Shown: in pieces, positions 12,424 to 25,040 of the stretch
Position numbering within the stretch: position 1 is the stretch's first letter
How the letters are laid out: the number at the start of each line of letters is the position of its first letter
From: Kofleriaceae bacterium
Lineage (GTDB): Bacteria > Myxococcota_A > Polyangia > Haliangiales > Haliangiaceae
DNA: 64,000 bases
NCBI GenBank assembly: GCA_036490935.1
Contig: DASXCY010000002.1
Span: 2,716-66,715, forward strand
Reading direction: 5' to 3'
Notes under the pieces: model-generated
The model's input: the letters and a program-made list of their open reading frames with translations, nothing else
Databases searched by the model: none
Told to the model about the DNA's origin: nothing
Made by a program: the position numbers and the translations under genes

Positions 12424-12831
12424 ATGCGCATCCTGCTCGTCGATGACGACCCCGATCTGGTGGGCGCGGTCTCCGCCATGCTGCGCCACCACGGCCACAC
12501 GGTCGAGACCGCGGCCGATGGCGCGGCCGCGCTGCGGCTCGCGGCGTCGCGTCCCGAGGCCGTGCTACTCGATCTGCATCTGCCCGACGTCGATGGCTTC
12601 GAGGTCGCGCAGGCCCTGCGGGCCGGCCTGCTCGCGCACGAGGCCAGCATCATCGTCATCACCGGCCACAAGGCGCAGCTCGAGGTCGCCGATCGCGCAG
12701 GCGTCGATCTGCTGCTCGAGAAGCCGGTCGATTCGCAGCACCTCGGCGGGCTCGTCGAGTACATCACGAAGCGGCGCCACGACATGCTGCACACCGCGGG
12801 CAGCGCCGCGATCCGCTGCATTCGCTGGTGA
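12424..12831 (+). CDS. Single-domain response regulator (135 aa)
   Basis: MRILLVDDDPDLV..VLLDLHLPDVDG..LEKP. ATG 12424 chosen within the track ORF 12331-12831. Confidence 0.9.
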   Translation: MRILLVDDDPDLVGAVSAMLRHHGHTVETAADGAAALRLAASRPEAVLLDLHLPDVDGFEVAQALRAGLLAHEASIIVITGHKAQLEVADRAGVDLLLEKPVDSQHLGGLVEYITKRRHDMLHTAGSAAIRCIRW

Positions 12832-12837
12832 GGCCGG

Positions 12838-13842
12838 TCAGCCGTCGCTCGTGCGCAGCGTGAACGTCACCGCGGTGCCCGCGCCGAGCACGCTCTCGAT
12901 CGACAGCGCGCCGCCGTGGCGCGCGACGATGCCCTGACAGATGTACAGGCCGAGCGACCGCGCCCGCGACGTGCCGGTCTGCAGGCGTGCGGCGCTCACC
13001 GGCGTCATGCCTTCGCCCTCGTCGCGCACGGTCAGCCGCACGCGATCGGCGGTACGCTCGGCGCGCACCAGGACGCGGCCGCCGGCGCGCGAGTGCCGGG
13101 TCGCGTTGTCGATCAGGTTGCCGAGCACCTGGAGGATGCGGTGGCGGTCGCATTCGACGTCGACCTCGGCGCCGGCGATGTCGCGGTCGAGGCGCACGCC
13201 GCGCTGGCCGGCGACCGGCGCCTGCAGCAACAGGGCCTCGCCGGTGAGCTCGTCGATCGAGACCCGGCCGAGCTCGAGCGAGAGCCCACCGCCGCGCAGG
13301 CTCGCATCGGAGACGAGATCCTCGACGAGCCGGCCCATGCGCGTGGTCGAGCGCCGGATCGCATCGAGCGACGCTTGCACGCCGGGCTCGTCGGCGAGGT
13401 GCTTGCGGAGCAGGTGCGCGCTCGCGGCGATCGCCTGGAGCGGGCTGCGCAGGTCGTGCGCGACGACGGCGAGCACTTCCTCGCGCAGGTCCATGCCCGC
13501 GCGCAGCTCGCGCTCGACGCGCGCGCGTGCGGTGATCTCGGCCACGATCACGCCGAGGCCGGCGAACGCACCGTCCTCGTCGTGGATCGCGAAGTAGCTC
13601 GCCTCGAAGCTGCGCGCGGAATCGCTCGCGAGCTCGTGCAACACCGGCACACCGCTCGCGATCACGTCGCGCAGCATCGGCTCGGCATCCGGCCACACGT
13701 CGCTCCACGCGCGGCCGACCAGGTCGCCGCCGATCGTGACGAGTGCAGCGTTCGCGTGCACGCAGCGCAGCTCGCGATCGAGCAACGCGATGCCGAGCGG
13801 ACACGCGGCCACGAGCCGCGCGTATCCCGCATGATCGGTCAT
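12838..13842 (-). CDS. PAS sensor histidine kinase (334 aa; alternative start at 13929)
   Basis: PAS-like LGIALLDRELRCVHANAAL. H-box VAHDLRSPLQAI. HATPase (NLIDNATRHS, DEGEGM, LGLYICQGIVARHGG). Convergent with the response regulator at 12424. Confidence 0.85.
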   Translation of the reverse strand: MTDHAGYARLVAACPLGIALLDRELRCVHANAALVTIGGDLVGRAWSDVWPDAEPMLRDVIASGVPVLHELASDSARSFEASYFAIHDEDGAFAGLGVIVAEITARARVERELRAGMDLREEVLAVVAHDLRSPLQAIAASAHLLRKHLADEPGVQASLDAIRRSTTRMGRLVEDLVSDASLRGGGLSLELGRVSIDELTGEALLLQAPVAGQRGVRLDRDIAGAEVDVECDRHRILQVLGNLIDNATRHSRAGGRVLVRAERTADRVRLTVRDEGEGMTPVSAARLQTGTSRARSLGLYICQGIVARHGGALSIESVLGAGTAVTFTLRTSDG

Positions 13843-13986
13843 ACCCACCGGTAGTTCATCGACCGTGCCGCACACGCTTACTGCTCGGTAATCGACTCGG
13901 CTCGCCGCGACGAGAACGGCCGGTAACACGCGCGTTCCCGGCGGGGAGCGCGCGGATTGTCAGAGGCGCACGCCGGTACGTGCGCG

Positions 13987-15225
13987 CTACGCGAGGTCCT
14001 GGTCGGAAATGCCGTGGGCCTTGAGCTTGCCCCACAGGCCTTTGCGCGTGATGCCGAGGATCTCGGCGGCGCGGCCGCGATTGCCGGCGACGCTGCGCAG
14101 CACGCGGAGCAGATAATCGCGCTCGAACCGCTTCGCGACCACGTCGAGCGCTTCGAGCTCGTTCTCCGCCGCGGGTGAATCCTGCGCGGCGCGCGTGTTC
14201 GCGCGAATGCTGAGCGGCAGGTGCTCGGGCTCGATCGCGCCGGTGCGCGCGAGGATGTAGGCGTGGGTCAGCGCGTGCGCGAGCTCGAGCAGGTTGCCCG
14301 GGAAGCTGTAGTGCGCGAGCAGCTCCATCGCGCGCGGCGACACCGAGGGTGCATCGCCGGCGGCCGCGAGCCGTGCGAGCATGCGCGCGACGATCACGTC
14401 GAGATCGCGGCCGCGGGTCGCGAGCGCCGGGATCTCGACTTCGAGCACCTTGAGCCCGTAGTACAGCTCGCGCGACACGAACGGCGGCGCCCCGTCGAGC
14501 GCGAGGTCGCGCTGGATGCCGAACACGAGCCGCGGGCTCGCGTCGTCGCGCGGCGCGGTCTCGAGGTAGTGCGCGAGCTCGCGCTGCGTGATCGGGCCCG
14601 CCGACCCGATGCGCTCGACGAACAGCGTGCCGGCTTGCGCCGCGCGCACCGCGGCGTCGGTGCCCGCGAACAGCCGCCGCGCGAGCTCGTCGTCGGGATA
14701 GGCGACCGTGCTGAACGCGACGAACGGGCATGCGCGCCGGCTACTGCGATCGTGGATCGCGCGCGCGACGACCGCGCGGCCGGAGCCGTCATCGCCGACG
14801 ATCCACACCGGTGCCTCGCTGCGCGCGACGATGCGCACGCGCCGCAGCAGGTCGCGGATCTGCGAGCTCGCGCCGCCGAACACGGTGTCGTAGGCGACGA
14901 GGTCGGTCGGCTGGCGCCGACGCTCGCCGTCGAGCACGTCCGCGAGCTCGTCGACCGCGCGCAGCAGGCGATCGAGATCGACCGGGCGACCGAGCTGCTC
15001 GATCACGTCGGGGTGCGCTTCGCCCCGCGCGGCGCCGAGCAAGATGAACTCGGTGCCGGGGGATTCGCCCGCGATCGTCGCGACCAGATCGTCGCGTGCG
15101 GCGAGCTCGGCATCCGCGATCACGAGATCGGCGGCGCGCGCCTCCGCGATCGCGTGGCCGCGCTGCATCAGGGCGCCGCGGATCCGTGGATCGGGCGCGT
15201 AGTCCGTGAGCAGCGCGATTCGCAC
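13987..15225 (-). CDS. NtrC-family-like regulator with degenerate AAA+ core and a Fis-type HTH (412 aa)
   Basis: GTG 15225 (VRIALLTDY..) has GGGGAG 6 nt upstream. Receiver-like N-terminus (DLVIAD). Enhancer-binding-protein-like core with GDDGSGR in place of GESGTGK, LFVERI in place of LFLDEI, and no GAFTGA. C-terminal HTH RGRAAEILGITRKGLWGKLKAHGI. Only the last 412 aa of the 889-aa track ORF look real. Confidence 0.8.
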   Translation of the reverse strand: MRIALLTDYAPDPRIRGALMQRGHAIAEARAADLVIADAELAARDDLVATIAGESPGTEFILLGAARGEAHPDVIEQLGRPVDLDRLLRAVDELADVLDGERRRQPTDLVAYDTVFGGASSQIRDLLRRVRIVARSEAPVWIVGDDGSGRAVVARAIHDRSSRRACPFVAFSTVAYPDDELARRLFAGTDAAVRAAQAGTLFVERIGSAGPITQRELAHYLETAPRDDASPRLVFGIQRDLALDGAPPFVSRELYYGLKVLEVEIPALATRGRDLDVIVARMLARLAAAGDAPSVSPRAMELLAHYSFPGNLLELAHALTHAYILARTGAIEPEHLPLSIRANTRAAQDSPAAENELEALDVVAKRFERDYLLRVLRSVAGNRGRAAEILGITRKGLWGKLKAHGISDQDLA

Positions 15226-15432
15226 TAGGCGCTCCCCGCACGGGCTCGCACGACACGACTGTGCTGCGCTGCCACGGCGGTCTCCACGCCCCGATGTTAC
15301 CGCAGCTTCCCATCGCTTCCAACCGTCTGAAGCCAATGTGGTTTTTCGCCCCTCCGAGTTTACCCGCGCGTAAAACGCCCGCGTGCGCCGGGTGACGCCG
15401 CGCGGCGCGACTTTTGAAAACGGGGCTCCGAC

Positions 15433-19455
<4,023 letters not shown>

Positions 19456-19464
19456 GCTGAGCTC

Positions 19465-19848
19465 GTGGCCGCGCCGCTCAAGATCCTCGTCGTCGAGGAC
19501 GATCGCGTCTACGCGGAGTTCGTGGTGGCGACGCTGCGCGGCGCCGGCCACGAGCTGGCGCATGTCGAGACCGGTGCGGCCGCGCGCGAACAGGTCGGCG
19601 CGATGCAGCCGGATGCGGTCGTGCTCGACCTCACGCTGCCCGACGAGTCCGGCTTCGACATCGCGCGCGCCCTACGCGGCGGCCTGCTGTCGGATGGTTC
19701 GGTGATCATCCTGCTCACCGCGAGCATGTTTCCCGACCGCGACACCGCGGAAGCGATCGGCATCGACATCGTGCTGTCCAAGCCGGTGACCGCCGAGCTC
19801 GTGATCGGCATCATCGATCTCGTCCACGCGCGCCGGCAGCGGCGCTAG
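19465..19848 (+). CDS. Single-domain response regulator (127 aa)
   Basis: GTG 19465. KILVVEDDRVY..VVLDLTLPDESG..LSKP. Confidence 0.9.
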   Translation: MAAPLKILVVEDDRVYAEFVVATLRGAGHELAHVETGAAAREQVGAMQPDAVVLDLTLPDESGFDIARALRGGLLSDGSVIILLTASMFPDRDTAEAIGIDIVLSKPVTAELVIGIIDLVHARRQRR

Positions 19849-19851
19849 CAG

Positions 19852-20196
19852 CTACGAGCGGCGGGCGCGCACGGCCTGCACGAGGTGCGTGCCGACGTGC
19901 TCGAGACGATCGACCTGCTGCAGCGCGAGCCTCGGCGCGTGCTCGCGGATCGCATTCTCGACGGAGCTCGCCGGCAGGCCAGGCGTCGGCGTGTAGAACA
20001 CGGTGTCGAAGCGATCGTGGATGAGCGCGACCCGCAGCGCGGCTTCGAAGTCGACGCGCACGATCTCGACGGCGATTCCGTCGCCGCCCAGCAGCTCGCG
20101 CAGTGGCGCGAGCGACACGACCCATGGGCAGATCAAAAGGATCTTCACGTCGGCGTGCCGTCTGTGACGATAGCGCACGCCCACCGCAGTCGTCAT
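19852..20196 (-). CDS. Hypothetical protein, receiver-like fold with degenerate acidic pocket (114 aa)
   Basis: VKILLICPWVVSLAPLRELL..RFDTVFYTP resembles a receiver domain but lacks the N-terminal DD pair. High GC3. Confidence 0.5.
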   Translation of the reverse strand: MTTAVGVRYRHRRHADVKILLICPWVVSLAPLRELLGGDGIAVEIVRVDFEAALRVALIHDRFDTVFYTPTPGLPASSVENAIREHAPRLALQQVDRLEHVGTHLVQAVRARRS

Positions 20197-20280
20197 CGCG
20201 GGAAACGCCCGAGGCCGGCGAGTCGATCTGACTACGTAGCTCGTGGTAGGAAAATCTCTGTGAGTAGCGACCGCCTGTAA

Positions 20281-21174
20281 CTACTGGCGGTGCGCGAGTA
20301 GATCGAGGCGGTGGTCGATCTTCGCCGCGAGCTTCGCGTCGGGGCCCTGGCTCTTGGCCTGCTTGCACGCCGTGGTCGCCTGGTCCCACGATGTCTGCGC
20401 TTCGAGCGCGAGGCACAGGTTGTAAGAATATTTCGCATCCGGGGCGATCGAGATCGCCTGCTGGAACGCTGCGATCGCGCCGGCGATGTCGGCCGCGCGT
20501 AGCTTGTCGCTGCCCTGGTGGTTCATGTCCTCGGCCTGCTGGCGCTGCGCGTCGCTGATGCCGGGGTTGGTCGGCGTGACCGGATTGGAGACCGGGGTGA
20601 TCGTCGGGTTCGTGGGATTTGTGGGGTTCGTCGGGTTGGTCGGGTTCGGCGGGGGCGGCGCCTCGACCCTCGCGACGCGCGGGCCGGTGCAGCCCGAGCT
20701 CGCGAGCAAGTCGCCGACCGTCTTCGCGACGACGTCGATCGCCTCGCGCTCGGGCAGCCCGCCGCTCATGTTGATGCCCGACGAGCTGCCGTGAATGCGC
20801 GCCGTCCCGAGCAGCTCGCCGCTCGCGCCGTCGGTCAGCACGAGCAGCGTGTCGATCGTGGCGACGTTCGCGTTCTGGATCCACTTGCTGTCGCCACCGC
20901 GCGCCATGCGCGTGATGTTGAGATCGAGGAGCACGTCGGCCGGGCCGCCGTTCGCGATCCCGACCTGCTCGAATCCGCACTGCTGCTGCAGGCGCTGCAA
21001 CACGACGCTCTGCAGATAGCTCGCGTTCTGTGCGTACGCCTGGGACTGCACGCGCAGCGCGACCGTCTTGTACGACTGCAGGTTGGCCACCGGCATCGTG
21101 TTCTCGATCGTGGCCGAAGGATGGCAGCCGGTGGCTAGCGCACCGATGATGATGACGACGAACGTTCCCCGCAC
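20281..21174 (-). CDS. Lipoprotein with (NPT)n linker and C-terminal TPR-like region (297 aa)
   Basis: Signal peptide and lipobox MRGTFVVIIIGALATGC. NPTNPTNPTNPTNPT linker. TPR-like AIAAFQQAISIAPDAKYSYNLCLALEAQTSWDQA. Confidence 0.8.
   Translation of the reverse strand: MRGTFVVIIIGALATGCHPSATIENTMPVANLQSYKTVALRVQSQAYAQNASYLQSVVLQRLQQQCGFEQVGIANGGPADVLLDLNITRMARGGDSKWIQNANVATIDTLLVLTDGASGELLGTARIHGSSSGINMSGGLPEREAIDVVAKTVGDLLASSGCTGPRVARVEAPPPPNPTNPTNPTNPTNPTITPVSNPVTPTNPGISDAQRQQAEDMNHQGSDKLRAADIAGAIAAFQQAISIAPDAKYSYNLCLALEAQTSWDQATTACKQAKSQGPDAKLAAKIDHRLDLLAHRQ
20613..20657. repeat. 5 x 9-nt tandem repeat (GTCGGGTTC-like) encoding the (NPT)n linker
   Basis: Read directly: gtcgggttc gtgggattt gtggggttc gtcgggttg gtcgggttc. 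Confidence 0.8.
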
Positions 21175-21193
21175 GCGCGAACAATACCAGGTG

Positions 21194-21931
21194 TCAGGGC
21201 TCGATGCGGATGAAGTACGTCGAGTCGGCGACGAGGGAGATCGAGGTGGCGCGCAGGGGGCCGGTCGGGCAGGTCGCCTGGAACGAGGCGGTGCCGGGTG
21301 CGATGCCGTAGGCGATGACGTAGCCGTTGGCTTCCGTCGACGTGGCGGTCAGGCTCGGCGTGCCGTCCTTGGTGTACTCCTGCAGCGACGGCGCGGGCGT
21401 GATCGCGATCGTGCAGCCGGCGAGCGCGGTTCCGAGGCAGTCGCCGAGGATGAGCTCGACGAGCGCGGTGCCCGCGGGATTGCCGACCTGCCCGAGCTCC
21501 ATCATCGTGAGCGTCGGCAGCGCGACCACGCTGTCGGCGTCGAACGGGTGTGCGGGATAGAAGTACGCCGGGACGTTGGCGCCGGCCTCGGTCACGACGT
21601 AGCCGGCCTGCGCGGCGCCGGTCGTGTCGACGACGGTCCCGAAGTTGCCGTTGCTGTCGGTGGTCGCGGTGAAGAACATGCCGCCGGCGTCGAGCATGCC
21701 GTCTACGGCGAGGCCCGACTGCGCCGTGCCGAGCCCGAGGTCCGACGCGTTGCCCTGGATCATGATCTCGGGCGGCGCGGTCGTGCCGAACGGCTGGCCC
21801 GTGCAGCCGAACGGGCTCGCGTCGGGGACGAGCCCGTCGCTGCCGCCGTCGCCGCCGCCGTCGCCGGTGGCGCCCGGATGCTTCGTCGGGAACGAGCAAG
21901 CCGCGAGCGCGAGCACGATGGTCAGGCGCAT
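21194..21931 (-). CDS. Hypothetical lipoprotein (245 aa)
   Basis: MRLTIVLALAAC lipobox. ATG 21931 directly abuts the TAG of the upstream gene (TAGATG). Confidence 0.75.
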   Translation of the reverse strand: MRLTIVLALAACSFPTKHPGATGDGGGDGGSDGLVPDASPFGCTGQPFGTTAPPEIMIQGNASDLGLGTAQSGLAVDGMLDAGGMFFTATTDSNGNFGTVVDTTGAAQAGYVVTEAGANVPAYFYPAHPFDADSVVALPTLTMMELGQVGNPAGTALVELILGDCLGTALAGCTIAITPAPSLQEYTKDGTPSLTATSTEANGYVIAYGIAPGTASFQATCPTGPLRATSISLVADSTYFIRIEP

Positions 21932-22915
21932 CTAGAAGCTCCTCGCGAAGGCGATGCCGACGCGATCGGGCGCGACGACGGGCTCGATCGAAGCCGGGCC
22001 GCCGACGAACCACAGCACGATCGAACCGGCGAGCACGGCGCCGCCGGCGACGAAGCCGAGGTTCGCGTCGAGCGCGGCGTGGCGCGCGTCGGAGTTGAGC
22101 GACAGCGCGCGCGGGTCGTTGCAGGTCGTGGTCGGGCACACCGCGTCGGATTCGTGCTCGAGGTGCTGGCCGTGCACGGCAAACGCGGTGCCGCCGGCGA
22201 TGCCGGCCGCGCCGGCGAGCGCGAGCACGAGCGCGAGCTTGCGCTTGCCGGTGAAGGTCGATGGTGGCGGAGGCGGCGGCCCGGCGGGCGGCGGCGCGGC
22301 TTCGCGGGTTGCGGCGACGGGTTTGTCGGGCGGCTGCGGCTCGGTCGGCGGCGGGCCTTTGGACTCGAGCACCGGCACGTGGACGTCGATCTTCTCGCCC
22401 TCGCTCGCGATCGCCACGTGCTTCAGCCACCGCACGCGCCCCGGTGCGGTCGCCGCGATGTCGTAGTCGCCGGCATCGATCGGGATGCTCTGATCCCACA
22501 GCTCGGGATCGACCGGCGAGCCGTTGCGCGTGATCGCGAGACCGTCGCTGCGTTCGCGCACGTGGATCGCGAGGTACGACAGCTTGGCATCGAGCAGCTT
22601 CTCGCGGCGGCGCGCTTCGGCCTCGCGCTTGGGCTCGCCCCCGCGCTTCGCGGCGGCGGCGGCCTTGCGGAACGTCGCCCATGCGGTCGCGAGCTGGTGG
22701 TTGCGCTCGCGGCAGTCGGCGAGGTTGAGCAGCGTGCCGACGCTGGATTCGAGCCGATCGCTGGCTTCGAGCTTGTCGCAGGCTTCCGAGAGGTGGCCGG
22801 ATTTGAGGAGCTTCTTGCCCTCGCGGAACAGGACCTCGGCTTCGACGGACTGCGCGCGCGCGGGGACCGCCAGCAGCACGGCGAACAGGAGCGAGACGAG
22901 CTTAGCGATCCTCAT
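21932..22915 (-). CDS. Secreted TPR-like / PEGA-like protein with C-terminal TM segment (327 aa); paralog of 53242-54030
   Basis: Signal peptide MRIAKLVSLLFAVLLAVPARA. N-terminal helical repeat (LFREGKKLLKSGHLSEACDKL..LLNLADC). PEGA-like GDYDIAATAPGRVRWLKHV. Pro-rich linker, TM segment, Cys pair, C-terminus ..GIAFARSF. Overlaps the kinase gene by 14 nt. Confidence 0.8.
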   Translation of the reverse strand: MRIAKLVSLLFAVLLAVPARAQSVEAEVLFREGKKLLKSGHLSEACDKLEASDRLESSVGTLLNLADCRERNHQLATAWATFRKAAAAAKRGGEPKREAEARRREKLLDAKLSYLAIHVRERSDGLAITRNGSPVDPELWDQSIPIDAGDYDIAATAPGRVRWLKHVAIASEGEKIDVHVPVLESKGPPPTEPQPPDKPVAATREAAPPPAGPPPPPPSTFTGKRKLALVLALAGAAGIAGGTAFAVHGQHLEHESDAVCPTTTCNDPRALSLNSDARHAALDANLGFVAGGAVLAGSIVLWFVGGPASIEPVVAPDRVGIAFARSF

Positions 22916-24143
22916 AGAGATCGTCGGGCCGAGGATGAAGATGAGGCGCGGGGTGCGGATGAGGCTTGGCGGCGTCCGGGGGTGGGGCGGCGTCGGGAAC
23001 GGGAACGGTAACGGTAACGGGAACGGGAACGGCAGCGGGAACGGCAGCGGCGGCGGGAACGGCGGCGGGCACGGCAGCGGGCACGGGTGAGGGCAAGGCC
23101 GGCGAAGCCGGTGAGCGTAGTGCGACGAAGGCCATCGCGGCGAGGGCGGTGGCCCCGATCGCGAGGCCGATCCAGATGCCGACGCGGCGCGGGCCAGGGA
23201 TGCTGACGCCGGCCGCGGAGCTGAGCGTGGTCGGTGGCTCGGCGTAAAACCCGGGCGCGGGGGCGAGCGCGGGCGTCGACGGCGGCGAGATCGCGCCGCT
23301 CGACGAGATCTGCGCGAGCAGCGCGTCGCACGAGGCCTGCAGCGCGAGCATCGTCTGGAAGCGATCGCCGGGCGATTTGGCGAGGCAGCGCAGCACGAGC
23401 GCGTCGAGGCCCTCGATCGCGGTGCCGGGCGCGCTCGGCGGATCGTTCATGTGCGCGCTGATCAGCTCGCCGATGCCGGCGCGATCGAACACGGGGCGAC
23501 CGGTGAGCATGTAGAACAGCACGCCGCCGAGCGAGTAGATGTCGGTGCGCGTATCGACGAGACCGGTGCCGCGGCACTGTTCCGGCGACATGTACGCGGG
23601 CGTGCCCAGCACCTGGCCGCTGAGCGTGCCGCTCTGCGGCTCGCCTTCGCCGCTGAGCTTCGCGATGCCGAAGTCGAGCACCTTCGCGCGCTCGCCGTTC
23701 GGCGCTTCGGGGTCGCGCACGATGAAGATGTTGTCGGGCTTGAGATCGCGATGGATGACACCGCGCGCGTGCGCCGCGGCGACCGAGCCGGCGACCTGGC
23801 GCGTGATGCGCAGCGCGTCGCCGGGGTCGAGCCGGTGCAGGCGGCGGCGGCGCTGCGAGAGCGTCTCGCCCTCGAGCAGCTCCATCACGATGTACGCGCT
23901 GCCGTCGGTGTGAAACCCGAAGTCGAACATCTGCACGATGCCGGGATCGGGGATCGAGGTCATCGCGCGCGCCTCGTTGAAGAACCGCGTCACGATCGCG
24001 CGCTTCACCGAGAGCTCGGGCAGGAGGATCTTGATCGCCGCGCGCCGCCCGACGAGCGTGTGCTCGGCCAGATAGACCGCGCCCATGCCGCCGGCTCCGA
24101 TCTTCTTGACGAGCCGGTACGGGCCGACGGTCGCGCCCTCCAT
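22902..24143 (-). CDS. Ser/Thr protein kinase with C-terminal TM segment and (V/A)P repeat tail (413 aa)
   Basis: GAGGMGAVYLA, AAIKIL, HRDLKPDNIFI, DFGIAKL, GTPAYMSPEQ. TM segment IWIGLAIGATALAAMAFVAL. Tail VPAAVPAAVPAAAAVPAAVPVPVTVTVPVP. Confidence 0.92.
   Translation of the reverse strand: MEGATVGPYRLVKKIGAGGMGAVYLAEHTLVGRRAAIKILLPELSVKRAIVTRFFNEARAMTSIPDPGIVQMFDFGFHTDGSAYIVMELLEGETLSQRRRRLHRLDPGDALRITRQVAGSVAAAHARGVIHRDLKPDNIFIVRDPEAPNGERAKVLDFGIAKLSGEGEPQSGTLSGQVLGTPAYMSPEQCRGTGLVDTRTDIYSLGGVLFYMLTGRPVFDRAGIGELISAHMNDPPSAPGTAIEGLDALVLRCLAKSPGDRFQTMLALQASCDALLAQISSSGAISPPSTPALAPAPGFYAEPPTTLSSAAGVSIPGPRRVGIWIGLAIGATALAAMAFVALRSPASPALPSPVPAAVPAAVPAAAAVPAAVPVPVTVTVPVPDAAPPPDAAKPHPHPAPHLHPRPDDLYEDR
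22995..23084. repeat. 15 x hexanucleotide repeat (GGGAAC/GGTAAC/GGCAGC/GGCGGC) in the kinase tail
   Basis: Read directly: gggaac gggaac ggtaac ggtaac gggaac gggaac ggcagc gggaac ggcagc ggcggc gggaac ggcggc gggcac ggcagc gggcac. Same repeat type as 31264-31617. Confidence 0.8.
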
Positions 24144-24157
24144 CTCGCAAGGATAGA

Positions 24158-25015
24158 CTAACGCACGAGCTCTGCGAGCGTGTCTTCGACCTTCGTCGAC
24201 GCGCTGACCATGCGATCGCCCTTGGGCGTCACTTTGCCGCTTCCGAACGCGCCGTACATCTCGGCAAAGGCCTCGGCGAACGGCCTGGGCAGCCCGGCCT
24301 TCATCATCGCATCGACGTGGCCGGCCGCCGGGATGTCGACGATCTGCAGCTGCTTGCCGAGCGTCGCGCCGAGCTTGTCGACGAGCTGCGCGATCGTGTA
24401 CATCGGGCCGATCAGGTCGACGTTCTCGCTCCTGGCCGGCGGCGCCACCAGCGTCTTCGCGACGAGCTCGCCGATGTCCTTGGTCGCGACCGTGGGCAGC
24501 GCCGCGTCGCGCGACGGCATGAAGTTGAAGAACATGCCCATCTGCTTCGCCGGCGCGAGCGACTGCTCGAGGTTCTCCTGGAAGTACGCGGCGCGAATCG
24601 AGACCACCTTGGTGCCGGTCTCGCGCAGTGCAGCCTCGAGGTAGTGCAGGCCCTTGATCGGCCCGGTGCCGCTCGGCAGATCAGCGCCGAGCGACGACAG
24701 CACGACGACGAGCGGCACGCCGCTTTGCTTGACCGCCGCGACGATCGCATCCGCCGTCGTCTTCTGCGACGCGAACACGTCGGTCGCCGCGTAGTCGGGC
24801 GGCAGCAGCGTGAAGAACCCGGTCGCGCCTTGCAGCGCGCCGGCGAGGAAGCTCGGATCGTCGAGCCGGCCGGTCGCGAGCTCGGCGCCGCGCGCGGCCC
24901 AGTCGCGGCCTTTCGCCGCGTCGCGGACAATCACCTTCACTTTGTGTTTACCAGCGAGCAACTCGTTCGCGGCGGTTCCGCCGACGTGACCGGTCGCTCC
25001 AGCAATGACGAACAT
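24158..25015 (-). CDS. NmrA-like / atypical SDR NAD(P)-binding protein (285 aa)
   Basis: ATG 25015 is preceded by AAGGAGG. MFVIAGATGHVGG Rossmann motif. The upstream part of the 349-aa track ORF was discarded. Confidence 0.85.
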   Translation of the reverse strand: MFVIAGATGHVGGTAANELLAGKHKVKVIVRDAAKGRDWAARGAELATGRLDDPSFLAGALQGATGFFTLLPPDYAATDVFASQKTTADAIVAAVKQSGVPLVVVLSSLGADLPSGTGPIKGLHYLEAALRETGTKVVSIRAAYFQENLEQSLAPAKQMGMFFNFMPSRDAALPTVATKDIGELVAKTLVAPPARSENVDLIGPMYTIAQLVDKLGATLGKQLQIVDIPAAGHVDAMMKAGLPRPFAEAFAEMYGAFGSGKVTPKGDRMVSASTKVEDTLAELVR

Positions 25016-25040
25016 CGTGGCCTCCTTGTAGGATGCCGAC

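Noticed and set aside
13859-13877. Sigma-54-like -24 element (GGCACG on the minus strand) upstream of the PAS kinase gene, next to the NtrC-like gene
   Set aside because: The -12 position reads ATGA instead of TTGC, so the conserved GC is broken. The element would place the transcription start practically on the ATG at 13842.
15226-15432. Search for promoter or operator elements in the 207-bp divergent region between the NtrC-like gene and the CheB/CheR fusion gene
   Set aside because: TGGCAG-N-GCA and TTGAAA-like strings are present but with wrong spacing or position. Nothing here can be supported from sequence alone.
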